Below the pieces are notes generated by a model, which was not told the DNA's origin, searched no databases, and was given only the letters and a program-made list of their open reading frames with translations. This document shows positions 51,451 to 63,446 of a stretch of 64,000 bases of DNA, piece after piece. The stretch's first letter is position 1, and each line of letters opens with the position of its first letter. The position numbers and the translations under genes were made by a program. Source of the DNA: Podarcis filfolensis (taxonomy: Eukaryota); NCBI GenBank assembly GCA_964270895.1, contig OZ185443.1. The stretch is one strand, 5' to 3'.

Positions 51451-52170
51451 TTTACACTTGTGTAGCTTCACCCAGTTTAGTAGGATATCAGTCTATCTCA
51501 GCTTTAAGTAGTTACTGCCGTTCAAACCTTCTAGTGCTTTACTCCACATCCGTTCATCTCCTATGAAATCCTAGATCATTGCAGAAAATGTAAAGGCATT
51601 CTCTGGAGCACACATCCAGGTTTTTTTATATTAACGTGGCATTCTCCCTTCCTGTGGTTTCCAGCAAGTAGGAATCATAGCAGCCTCATTTGCCTTCACC
51701 CTGTCGAGCCCAATCAGGCTTAAGCATCTCCGAATTGCTCATGTCACGATACAGCCGTATGCCCGAAATGAACTCGATGGAAGGTTGAGCAGTGTTGTTA
51801 TATCCATTAGCTTCCATTATTCATGACACTTTGCAGGATATTGCGGAAGGAAAATAGAGTTAAGAGTGCTGTGTGTGTGTGTGTGTGTTTGTATAATGTA
51901 TACACGTACTGATGGATAGGTATGATCAAAACATTTGTACCAAACTGAACCATTTCCCCTCTCAACGGATCCAAATTCTAGCCCTATCATTGTCAGAGTG
52001 AGGTAGCTGCCTTTGGCAGCAGGTGCTTGAGGGAAGGAGGTGACACTAAGTTGTGTGTGCTGTGCTACCTGACCTGCAGTACAGTGGTACTCAGGTACAG
52101 TGTAGGACATTGTCCTCTCACCAGGGTCGAAGTAAAATTCATCTGCCAGTCCAATCATCTTCTGAGAGAA

Positions 52171-52310
52171 GGGTCACAGCTCAGTGGTAATACAGTATCT
52201 GTTTTGCACTCAGGCGGTGCCAGGTTCAACTTCCAGCTGGAAATGTATTTTACCTGAAGCTCAACGCAAGCCACTGCGAGTCATTGTAGACAAGGCTGAG
52301 TTGGATAAGT
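52171..52310 (+). mobile_element. Degenerate Squam2-like SINE
   Basis: gggtcacagctcagtggta A-box, ccaggttcaac B-box, agccactgc.agtca.tgtagacaa body. Confidence 0.6.
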
Positions 52311-52591
52311 AGAGGGTGTGTTTGTATGTATATGGAATGGAGGCGGCCATCTTGTCATTTGTCTCAGGCAGCTAAAAGCCTTGGTCTAGCCCTGCTCCTT
52401 GTTTGAGTAGAGCCTTGATCCTCAGTGAAGGTCACTTGGTTCTGTGCGCCACCATGGCTGGGAAATTAATATCTCAGAATCAGCCTAGATATACCCAGAG
52501 TGGACTTTACATTCCTGCCCAGTTGGTAAGTTGTCATTATAAACTTTATCGACATGGATTTGTCCATAGCATAAACATTCATGGATGCTAC

Positions 52592-52810
52592 CAGAGCTTG
52601 GAGTGGAGCCTGTTCTATTTGGGAAAAGGGGGCAAAGCCCTACCAGTCTCAGTCTGTTCTCAGCCAGTCTCCACTTGCCTGCAGAAATCAGCAGGGAAGA
52701 AGATGGGGACAAAAACCAGTCAGTTCTGCCTGCCATTCGCTCTGGTACCACCTACGGTTGGGGTCCCTGCCTTTTATCCTACCAGTTCCAGGGGGCACCA
52801 ACCACCACTG
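52592..52810. mobile_element. Degenerate MITE related to 29214-29419
   Basis: Shared internal motifs; ends accaccactg. Confidence 0.4.
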
Positions 52811-53415
52811 TCTGCCTACTTAGGAGAAAGAGGAGAAGGAGGTGGGCAGGAAGAAGAGTCACTTTGATTACTCTGTTTCTCAGGTGATGAGAAAATCTCT
52901 TTCCTACCTTCTGATCCAATATGAATACCTAATTCTGCAGAGAGGAGAACATTTTGGGAACTGCCTGTCAACTGGCACAGGTCCAAATTCAGGCTTTAGA
53001 ATGTAATAGGCAACTTTATGAATAGCACTGATTGTTCAGGCTGCGTATTTAGGGAGATAGTGGTCAATTCGCACTTTAGCTATTTATTTACATCTTCCAC
53101 CAAAATACGACGTGTAAAAAAGCACCAACACACTGCGAAATTACATCAAAGGAAATTAAAGAACTAAGCCTTAAAAGAAGGCATATAATTAAAAGAAATC
53201 CACAAACAGAGCTACCAGCTAAGGAAGGAAAAGAAAAATGAGAGAAGTGGGAAAATATTGGCACACACACAAATGGAAATGGTTGGGTGCAGTAATGTGG
53301 TCCAACGATGCAGCATCACTCTTGAGGCATTGCAGAGGGGGAAATGGATGGTGGCTGTTGGGGGTTAGGGTTAGTGGGGACAGGGGGATACCTAGAAAGA
53401 TAGTGGAGGGGAAAA

Positions 53416-53803
53416 TGTATGTATTTGTTTGTTTGTTTCGAGCATTTGTAATAATAACTAAATATTTTTTTATTTATACCCCGCCCTTCCCGGTTCAAAA
53501 ACCAGGCTCAGGGTGGCTAGCAACAAATTTAAAACACTTAATTATAAATGCAGCATAAAATACAGTATGAAAACATGAATAACAATAAAATTCAAAAATC
53601 AAAAATCAGTTTAGTGGAAATAAGCATTAGATAATCCCCAGGGCTAGCTGGCTGAATTGGTCCTACTTGGGCCAGTGAGGAGGCCAGGGGAGAATTAGCT
53701 GTGGGGTCTCAGAATGGGTGATCTTCATAAAAGGGGAGGGGGAGGGAAGAGAAGGGAAATAAAAGATCAGGCTGAATTCAAATTAAAGCCCAGGTGGAAT
53801 AGC
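53416..53803 (-). mobile_element. L2-type LINE 3' UTR fragment
   Basis: (TTTG)n/ATT tail followed by ataccccgccctt...ctcagggtggct, then aaagcccaggtggaatag near the ORF2 end on the minus strand. Confidence 0.6.
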
Positions 53804-54248
53804 GAAATTGTACCCTGCTCTTCGGCCAAAAAGGCTCCCAGAATGACCTACACACAATCAAAACAAGACATTCCCTACCCGCAATCTAGGAAAGGCCTCT
53901 GTGAGCACATCTGGCAACCACTGGAGCAGGTGATGCTCTCATTTGTAGACAATAGCAGTCAGTAGGTTGGTGCAGGCAGGGTCAGGTTGCTCACACGCCT
54001 CCCTAGCGCTGAGCATCCCTGTCAGTTCCTGAGAGGGGGAGGTATGAGGTGCTGGAAGTTCAGCGCGGTGTGTGCACAGTGGCGGGAACATTGGATTGGC
54101 TCTGCTGCCGCGGATGCACTGCAATGAGATTCCTGTGCTTTACCCCTCCACTTCTTCATCTCAGTAACTGACATCGGAACTCAGCATTGGGAAGACAGGT
54201 GAGCAACCCGTCCCTGGCCTGTGCTGCCCCCGCTAACCACTGTGGTAT

Positions 54249-55157
54249 TTAGCAGTGTCTAAGATAAGGCTGTGCCTCTTTAATTTCAAGAGTGCTTACT
54301 TCCAAATCAACCCTCGATCCATTTATGCGGAAATAAGTACCAGTGGAATGTATTTCTAAGCTAAGCATCCTTTGAAAGCATATTTCAAGGTGGCTTTTGA
54401 ATTTACCGACAAAAGTTTCCATTTCATTTCGGTTGCGAGCTCCTTGATTGCCATTCTGTGTGAAGACACTCAGAATTATGCCTAGACCCCAAACCGTTTT
54501 TTTGCTAATACTTTTGAGGCTGATGGCTGCTTTGAGGAGGAAAACAAAAGCTTGATTGAATTGCCCATCAAAGGGAGCCCTTGGCTTGCTGGATTTTTCT
54601 TCAGGAGAGAATAGCAATTTTGGCTAAGTGCAAGAAGAGAGAGTATTCTCCATTTGCAAAGTGTCTCCTGGCACTTGTGACTTTCCTACTGCTTTCAATT
54701 GCCAGTACCATGGGGTCAGTGTCATGCGATACAATTGTTTGGGTAAGAATTGTGGGCCGTAGCCAAGTAAGTACTTTATATGGAGGGGAAAATTGAATAT
54801 GCTGACTAGAACATCGTGAATATTGTCAGCAGTGGCACTTAGGCTTCCAAGGTTTTCACCAGATTTTGCAACTTTGGTCCATATGTTTGAAGACTCTGAG
54901 TCCCCTCCTAGCTCACTGGGGCTTGAATGAATGATAGAATGGATACAATTACAATTATTGCATAAATATATGTTAGAATCCAGGGTATTCGGACTTACCT
55001 GTAAGCAGGTACTGGCTACATCCTCAAATAATCTTGTGGCATTTTGGTTGCTGCTAATTTTGGTTGCTGCACTTCTTCGTGAAAGGAATATATGGTACTT
55101 ATTGGACAATAAATATTTTGTTTGCATCCGTATTTCTTGAGAGACAATGGGGTGAAC
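54249..55157 (-). pseudogene. ~300-codon reading frame with one internal TAG; possibly a decayed L1/Tx1 RT-thumb segment
   Basis: ORFs 54624..55127 and 54249..54617 are in the same frame (offset 510). Motifs HIKYLLG, KQLY..LTP, PKLLF, WGLG are spaced roughly like L1 ORF2 IKYLG/LY..N..PL/LPKLLF/GGLG; no YADD. Confidence 0.35.
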
Positions 55158-55380
55158 TCAAACCACTGAGTTAAGAGCACCAAAGTTACCTCCCTAGGGT
55201 GCAAGCCTTGGCAGTGTGCATGGAGGTCTTGGGCCTCCCAGACAACAAGACCTGCCCCTCTCTCAGTCTCACTCATGCAGTCCAAAGGAAAGCAGAGCAG
55301 TATGTTTGGCACCAGCTTGGCTGCAGGAGTTGCTGGAAGGCACCATCCAACCATCTTAGGTACTGCACTCTGGATCTGTA

Positions 55381-55670
55381 GAAGAAGAGGAAGAGGAAGA
55401 GGAAGAGGAAGAAGAAGAGGAAGAAGAAGAAGAGTTTGGATTTGATATCCTGCTTTATCACTACCCAAAAGAGTCTCAAAGTGGCTAACATTCTCCTTTC
55501 CCTTCCTCCCCCACAACAAAAACTCTGTGAGGTGAGTAGGGCTGAGAGACTTCAGAGAAGTGTGACTAGCCCAAGGTCACCCAGCAGCTGCATGTGGAGG
55601 AGCGGAGACGTGAACCTGGTTCCCCAGATTACGAGTCTACCGCTCTGAACCACTACACCACACTGGCTCT
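55381..55670 (-). mobile_element. MIR/Ther1-derived CORE SINE (Squam3-like) with (CTT/CTC)n tail
   Basis: Minus strand: agagccagtgtggtgtagtggtt A-box, ccaggttcacgtc B-box, core gggtgaccttgggctagtcac; tail seen on + as (GAA/GAG)n at 55381-55433. Confidence 0.85.
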
Positions 55671-55750
55671 CTAGAGTTATAAGGTTAACTCTTTAGCCTT
55701 TCTTTAATGATCTATACCATCTCTATTCAAAGCAGCTTCTGTCCATATAA

Positions 55751-55950
55751 TAAGGTTGCCATATTTCAAGAAGTAAAAATCCGAAAACACAAAGTTGAAA
55801 GTTGTTGAGCTTTTTGGGGGGAAATTGCCCAAATGAAGTTGTTATGGGGGAAAGTTTCAAAGACCTCGACATTTTGACGATTTCCCAAAATTCCCCCCAT
55901 CACTGGAATCCCAGATATGTCCAGGAAAATACAGACATATGGCAACCCTA
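55751..55950. mobile_element. hAT MITE, TA(A/G)GGTTGCCA TIR
   Basis: TIRs TAAGGTTGCCATAT / ATATGGCAACCCTA; TSD CCATATAA/CAATATAA. Confidence 0.87.
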
Positions 55951-58900
55951 CAATATAAGATACCCAAATATAAGATACCCAAAATGCAATTATTCAGCAA
56001 TTATTCTGACTTTGCATAGGAAGACCTGAACTGGGAATTTGCTTAACCTGATCATATTGGAACATGGCCTCTAGGATGGATTTTCTTTTCTTTTCTTTTA
56101 CCTTACTTGGACTTTTAGTCTGTATTTGTTTTAATATTTCTTTTAAAAAAGAAAAAAAAGACTTATAATCCCAACAGCTATAGAGAAAAATCTGGGCGTA
56201 AATGGACAGCTTCTTTTCATCGTAAGGATAGAGCCGCTTCATCCATCAACATCTCTAGTTCCTCCTCCTCCCCTCCCCTCAGTCTCTTTCATTATTGCAA
56301 GTCCAGCTCACCTTGTCCAGCTTGACAAAAAAAAAAAAAGGTACACAAGACAAAGCATGTAGATTAAGCATTTTTATGCATCATTGCCTTCTTTTGCATG
56401 CTTCATTCCAGCCTCAGCATTTGAAGATGCCAAATTGAGAGTTCATCATGCAAAGTACAAGATTACACCCCTGCTTGCCCTCGTGCATAGTCAGTTTAAC
56501 AAGCATTTTTGTCTAAGTGGACAGCCCCAAAGACATCAGTGATTATAATACCGATTACATGATGGCGATGGTGCTTGCGCTGGGCTGCATTGCCAATGGT
56601 CACAACAGTGAACTGTTAGCACTTGGATTCAGAAGGGACTTCCCCACTATCCACATCTACCCATAGAAGCTGTTAATTGGGGCTGCGAGCTTTAAACAGT
56701 TGAATCAATAGATCAATCAGCTAGAGATTCATCAGTTGGTTATTTGAATTCGAGTCAATTTAAATCTCTTTGGGTGCATGTTAAGGGCACAAGTGTCCTG
56801 TTTCAGTTTTCGTGTGCTATTGTAACGAAGACTGAAAAGGAAAACATGAAACACAGTCTTTTCTTGCAATGGAAGCTTGATAATGAGCATTGTAAATACC
56901 TATCTATGCTTCAATAATTTAGAAGGCATATATATTGAGGTTTGTGTGATATGCAGATATATTTAAACATAATTGGTTTAAACTAAGTTGGTTTAGCCAA
57001 TTTAAAAAATATTGATCAGTTAGTGACCCTATTAATAATAAGTTGTAGAAGAGAAGTCTTTTTTTATATATTTCTAATGGTCCACAATAGAACCAGAAAT
57101 TTTCTTTTCCATGGAAGCCTTTAGATCTATTATGAGTCATGTTCATTTGGCTTCTTGAGTTTTGAGGTCTTTGCAGGGGAAGGAACTGGCCTAAACCAAG
57201 GAAAATGGATTATTAACCATAAGTATATTGGTCTGCTCATAGGGAACTAGGCTTTCCCCCAGGTAAGATGATTCACTGATTGCCTGTAATTTGAATTTGG
57301 ATTAGATTTATGGAGCTTCATATTTCTTTATACCAAGCAATTACCAATTTCATGGTTAAGTTTGTATATTTCATGGCACTTTGCCCCCAAAGTAAACGTG
57401 TCATGCTTAGGAATTGCATCTTAAAAGTGGGGAAATAGGCTGACATTAGGTAGATTTCATGGAAATTTTAAACACTGTGAAGGGAACCCCAACTCCATTT
57501 GAAATCTATTTTGTTCCGTTGCCAACAAGAGTCCAGGCTACAGCTCTGAACCTCTGGGTTCTTTTGCACCCTTTATTAAAGCAATACTGCAAAATTCTTG
57601 GCATGGAGTCTAATGCTAAAAGCATGCGTTTGTCATACATGACAGCCAGCAATTTCTGAGTCGTTCCTAAATGACATTTTGCACACTTAGACTTAAAGCT
57701 TTATTCTGTCATTTAGCATTTATTCCCATTCTACACACATTATTGCAGAATAGCTCCGAGCATCCCATTCAAGGTAGTTTCAAGGGTTTATGCCTTCTGC
57801 GGAGAGCAGTTACAATGCATGTTATTACTGGCAATCTTTTTTTAATTACACTATTAGATCTTTTGGTGGGAGCCTCAAACACTTTTAAGATGAGACATGA
57901 TTGTGGGTTATTTTAGAGGTATATTCAAGAGAGTAAAAGCTTTCTTCAGTCATGAAAGACAACAAAATTCCTCTTGTTTTCCTTGGAATGACATTTGCTG
58001 AACATTAACAGCTGACCCTAACCTTTGTCCCTACTCCAATTATACCACCCTTAACTGCCCCCCAAATTTGTATTTTCTAGCACACACACAGCTCCACCCT
58101 TACTGTCCAATATTGCATTTATTTTTTCCATTTATATCCCATGTTTCTTTCATTATGGGACTCAATACAGCACTTTTTGTGGGTGTCTTGTTTCACCTCA
58201 GATCCTACAAAGAACCTCCCTTCCAATCCTTCGTATATTTTCTCAGTTACAATAATGAGGCGCTCAAGAAGTTGCTCTATTTGTTCTTGTATTACAGAAA
58301 TGGATGGAATTTGCAGGTCTAGTTGCTTGTTTAGAAAGAGAAGTGCCTGCCAGATTTCAGATAAACAGATGCAAGGGTTTCTAGGTGGAGCCTTCAACAT
58401 TTGTAGATTTTAAAAGGAGAGTACCCCTAGCTGTTTGTTTCTTAGAAGAGCAGAGCAGTCTCTGCAATTATGGTAGTCCATTCTGAGTAGACAAAGTCTC
58501 CCACATTTGAGACAGGTAAAGGCAGAGCTGTTTTTGTTTTGCAAAGGGAGCCATAAATGTTTGATATTATTATTATTAATATTGGCTGAGGCCAATTCCA
58601 ATAAACATTTCATCCTTTGTGGACATGTCCAATGGTACATTCCCTGCAATGTTTCAGAAGCATAGGTTCAGGTGTTAGGAAGCTATGACGAAGGAAAAAG
58701 AGTTTGAGGCGTGTTTCATTTTCAGCTAATAGTTGGCACCACCACCATACAGAGAACCACCACCATCCATATTCCAAATTTCTGTCATAGGTCCTGAGAA
58801 TGGGGAATGAAAACAACTGGTCCTCAATTGCTAAGCCATTTAAAAGTAAGAATAATAGGAGAAAGTTGTAAAGATGAGTTTTGAGAAGCTTCCTGAAGGG

Positions 58901-59289
58901 AGGGGAGAGCAGAACAAAGCTCACATGAAAGAGAATCCCACATGTTAGGAGCAGCAAGTAACAAAGGATAAATACAAGGAAAAGCAGCTGAAATATCCGT
59001 CCCTTTCACATCACAAACTGGATATGAAACCGAGGGGGCTTTCAAAATATACAGTATTTTTGACATGGTCCCTGTGGTGGGGCAGAGTCTGCTGTTGGAA
59101 GGGGGGGAGGGAGAATTTGTTAAAATCCCACTGAATATTGCCCAGGCCCCTGGGCACATGCAGAGTAGTTCTTTGGATCCTGGACACAGAAGCCAAACAG
59201 TTTGTATGACCTACAGGAGACCACCCCCACCCCAGGTACAGTCCATATCTAATGCCTATGGGAGCATTGGAGGTAATATAGAGATCATT

Positions 59290-60545
59290 GCATGGCAAGT
59301 CCCCTCCCCCCATGAGAAATGAAGACACTGGACACATTATTTAAGGTTAATGGGCATAAAAAGGCCACAACTTTATTGATTACAGAATTGAAAGGTATTG
59401 GCCTTAGGCATTGGCTCCTATCGTCTACCCGGCATGGAGACCGGGAAGGGTTGTCCACAAGCCGTGGGAGTCCTGTTGAAGTACGCCAACTAGGATCCCA
59501 CGGGTGTCACCGCTCTGGGGCGTGCCGGGGGCCCTTACCTCCCTAGGTTTCGGACAAGGCGACGCCCCCCGGAGTCCTCTACCGGACTACCCTTTCCATT
59601 GGGGAAGGTGATGGCGCTTCCTTCCCCCTATTCATTTGCATAACAATTAACCCCTGCCAATGCCTAACCGCCAATACCGTGGAAGTTGTGATGTTTGCTA
59701 CGAGGTAGGCGAAAAAACCAAAAGGCTTGAAGTGTGCCAACTTGGAAAAATTCCTACCAGGCCCCTTGCGGCGACCAACCGAAGTCCATAGCAAGGTCAT
59801 AGCTAGCTAATCCTAAAGGGTGGGTGGGATGGGAAAACCGCTCGGCTGGGAAAGGGAAAAGAGGGCGGTCCCCGGGCGTGCAAGTGTGAGGGGCGCCTGC
59901 TGCAAGAATTTAAACAAACGTCCCTGCGCTCGCTCAGACGCCCAGATGCACAGCCGCAAGAGTTTAAAACAGAAGCTCAGTTTGGCGCCCTCCCCCCAAA
60001 GTCACCAACCTCACGCAGGACTGACGCCCTGCGTTATGAAGACAAAGCCTTGTCCCCTTAGTTGTGAAAAGAGCTGTAATCCAAGGTCTTTGTGACCAAA
60101 AGGAGAGCGCGCTGTGGGGAAAAAACCCCTGGTCCTGCTGCACAGTGTTGGAAGAAAGCTGCAGGAGCCTCCGACGACGTGTAGACGAAGAGACCTAGCG
60201 GGAGGGAAAGAAAATCGAGCCGGGACCAAGGCGAAGACCTCAAGGAAGGAAATACAAACCGCTCGGCTGGGAAAGGGAAAAGAGGGCGGTCTCCGGGCGT
60301 GCCTGGCCTTAAATGGGCTAGGCCCTGCCTCCCCGGCCCGCCGATTGGCGGACGGGGTGGAAGGCACACCCGGGGATTCCCTGTCCACGTGGGGGCAAGA
60401 TCCCGCCCCCGCGTGTGTGGGTGGAGGGTTTAGCCCGCAACCCCCTCTCCTCCCAGGAGGAAATGGCTCTCTGCGGGCTGGGCTTTCCATTTATACTCTG
60501 CAATTTCTATGCTCAAATAAAGTTGTAGCCTAGTTAAGCCCAGCA
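59290..60545 (-). mobile_element. GC/CpG-rich LTR-like retroelement relic with unusual architecture
   Basis: Minus strand: CCAAT (60343-60348), TTTAA (60309-60313), long GC-rich tract, AATAAA (59372-59377), then U5-like end ...cttgcca. 47-bp direct repeat (59835-59881, 60256-60302); 27-bp inverted repeat at the ends (59351-59377 vs 60516-60542, 23/27); no ORF homology, PBS or TSD found. Confidence 0.65.
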
Positions 60546-61561
60546 TGTAGCAACCTGACTTCCTTCCAGCGATTTGTAGGTAGTCTTATCAAATAAGTCT
60601 TAATGCTCCTCTGGGATTGAAGAGAACGGCAGGCAGAGATTTGCTTGCACTGCCCAACATATAGTTAGTTTTGGCCTTTGCTCATAATTCGGATCATTTG
60701 CCACCTTGGTACAAAATCAGGGATGGGGGGTTGGGGGGAGAGGAGAGGGCCTTTTCTTCCTTTTTAAGTAAAAATAGGCAAAATCACTTCCTGCACAATT
60801 TGCAGAAAATAACCTTTCATGCCCTTTTCATTGCCTGCAAACCAGGAGTTTCCCAGAGTGACAGCAACCAAGAGTGAAAGAGAATAGGAAATGAAAGGCT
60901 TATGGATATCTATACAGGCAGCCCTGTTTTGATCTGCGACTAACTCTCTTTATATTCCAGCATTGTTAAATTTCCCTTTTGTATAAGTCAGCCATTTGTT
61001 TGCATGGCTGTGCAGAATGCTGCTCTACTGCCTGATCCTGTAGCTTGTAGCAAGGAGTGCGTGTTGCAGCCAGGATGGAGGAAAGACAGGACTGGTACCC
61101 ATCCACCCACTCTCATTCTATGCTATTGTGCAGATCTAAGAAGTTCCTTAAGAGCCACATAGGCATTTGTTGCCTGCCTGAGTCTTGGCCCTGTGGGCAA
61201 GTTTTTCACTTCCGCTGCACCACATGCCTGATATTTGGGGGTGGGCGGGCATGCACGTGATATGAGTGTGCCATTAATTGGGTTATTTGGTCACTTTGGA
61301 AGCAGGAAGGTGTGAGGAAATTGATCAGATGGGGTGAGATTAGGGCCGGATCTACAGTAACATTAAGGAAGGGTTAAGGAATGGTTTTCATAATGTAGAT
61401 GGACACATGACGTTCTTCTTTTAACATGCATTATTCAATTGTGACAACTGAGGACCCTGCAGGACTATCAGCAACCAGCAGTAGGAAGATAGCCATTTTG
61501 ATGGGGGGAGGGGACAGAGCTAACAAATTATTTTACAAGTATGCCATATGATGTTTTAGAA

Positions 61562-61697
61562 CAGGCATAGGCAAACTCGATCCTCCAGATGTTTTGGGAC
61601 TACAATACCCATCATCCCTGACCACTGGTTCTGTTAGCTAGGGATCATGGGAGTTGTAGTCCCAAAACATCTGGACGGCTGAGTTTGCCTATACCTG
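61562..61697. mobile_element. hAT (Charlie-like) hairpin MITE
   Basis: TIRs CAGGCATAGGCAAACTC / GAGTTTGCCTATACCTG; TSD TTTTAGAA/TTTTAGAG; close to the 5684 copy. Confidence 0.9.
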
Positions 61698-63048
61698 TTT
61701 TAGAGCGATATATCTAATATCATTCTAATAACGTTAAACAGGACAGTGTAGAGTCAGCCTAGGTGAGCATACTTAGGCAACTTTGAGAGTGATGGGCACT
61801 CTCCAGGACTTGCTGCTCAGAGCTGTGGGACTCATGGGTGGATAAAAAGTGTATTTGAAGCTAACCTGTCTCACTGTGAAGTGAAGGACATGAGACAGGA
61901 GTTGATCATGCAGGTGAGCTGTGCATAAGCAAGCTGCCAGCTAGCTCTGCAGAGGCTCTTTTTATTAGCACAATATGCAAAACCAGTCAGATACATTTTG
62001 GACTGCACCCTTTACACATCTTCCGACCACGCGATCGTGGGGTGGTACAAAGTTATTTTGGCACCTGTTTCCCACCTCGCCACTTTCCCCCTGAAAAATG
62101 TTTAAACGAAGGAGACAAAGGTCACAGACAGGGCACGGCAGACCACTGTGAAAGCCAAAGGTTAGATAGAAGGCATGGCGTTCAGACAGCTGTGGCTTGT
62201 CTGTGGGCGGAAGTGTGCTTCACATCCGGCAGTCATTCCTTCACACCTGACTGGAGCTGTGAGCAGCGGTGGACCTTGGGGGTCTCACATTTCAGCGGCA
62301 CCAAAATTGAGCACCCACCCTACCTCTCGCCTTCCATTCTACACCAACAGATGTGACAACCCCTGCAGAGCCCCCGAGGATCTGCACCCGGTGCCACTGA
62401 ACCAGTCGTACTCCCCTAAATCTGCCTCTGCTGTGAGGCCCTAGGAAGGGATGCATCAGGAATACCTATCTACTCACCTTCATGGGTGTGGCTTGCAAGG
62501 GTACGAAATGGCAACTCATGCCACTAGAAACAGCACACCGGGTAGGGCCGCTAAGTTGGCTTCCCACTGCTGCTTGGTGGGACAGGTGAGGCGGCAGGGA
62601 GATTGGCACTGTGCAAACGCAGTGGTGGAGACAATCCTGTGCTCCTGCCACTGACCTGCTCACTGCCCCTGCTGGTAAAGAACAGTGGTCCACCTGCCAA
62701 GAAGCTAGCATAGTGACTCTACCCCACCTGGTGAGCCATTTCTGCACACCACACTCCCTGGGTAGGGGCTGACTCACCTGATGGCAGGTATTTCTGAGTT
62801 ACTAGTTTCCTGCACTGCCATTGTCCCTCTGCAGATCCTGATGTGGTTTAAATAAAATGGCCATCTTAGCTCAACTCATTTCCCCCTGTGCCACAGGTAT
62901 CTCTTTAGGCCCAGTATGGGTTGCAAATCTTCCCACTGGAAAAACAGTTACAGAATTAGGATGATAGTGTTGGCTTTCAAATGGAGGTGGTGTTACCAAG
63001 TCCAGAATTGTTCTGCCTCCAGAGCAGATATAAATGTAAGCAATCAAC

Positions 63049-63080
63049 GAATGAATGAATGAATGAATGAATGAATGAAT
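63049..63080. repeat. (GAAT)n microsatellite
   Basis: Directly visible. Confidence 0.95.
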
Positions 63081-63446
63081 GTTGGCACTCCAGGCTACAT
63101 CCTAGGTTGATTTTCCACAGCTGGATCAGTGCTGCCTCTTCCAGTTTGGAGAAAATCAGAAACAAAACAATGGGTGCCTTCTGTCATCCGTTGTGCTAAT
63201 GGGATTCAGTAAAAAGCAACAGCAATTAGATGCAAATGCAACCACACCTTTTAAGTTTTCTTCTTAGAAGTTTTCTCTTTACGTTTGAAATTGCTAGCAG
63301 TGGATTATGGCTCCTATTGCGAAGTAAGTAACTCTTCTGCAATGCAGAATATTACTCAGTAATGTTTGTTTGCCATAAACATCAAACCGTTCCGTGCCGC
63401 CATAACTCATAGCAGGGGTGGGAGGAACCTGTTTATTTCTTTTTAG

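Noticed and set aside
54249-55127. Resemblance of the long frame to V2R/family-C GPCR or GRIN3 extracellular domains
   Set aside because: Motif spacing is inconsistent, and no cysteine-rich or 7TM exon is present in the window
55016-55519. 167-aa minus ORF
   Set aside because: Mostly SINE body and its (CTT)n tail
58119-58400. Coiled-coil-looking minus ORF just downstream of the LTR-like element (gag candidate)
   Set aside because: No PBS after the LTR, no gag/zinc-knuckle motifs and no pol downstream; 93 aa is within chance range
59634-59641. Octamer motif as a snRNA or immunoglobulin promoter
   Set aside because: No snRNA sequence, PSE or V-gene leader nearby; it lies inside a retroelement-like repeat
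60011-60533. GC-rich ORFs of 103-159 aa in the LTR-like element
   Set aside because: Expected in GC-rich DNA on both strands; no gag, pol or YR motifs
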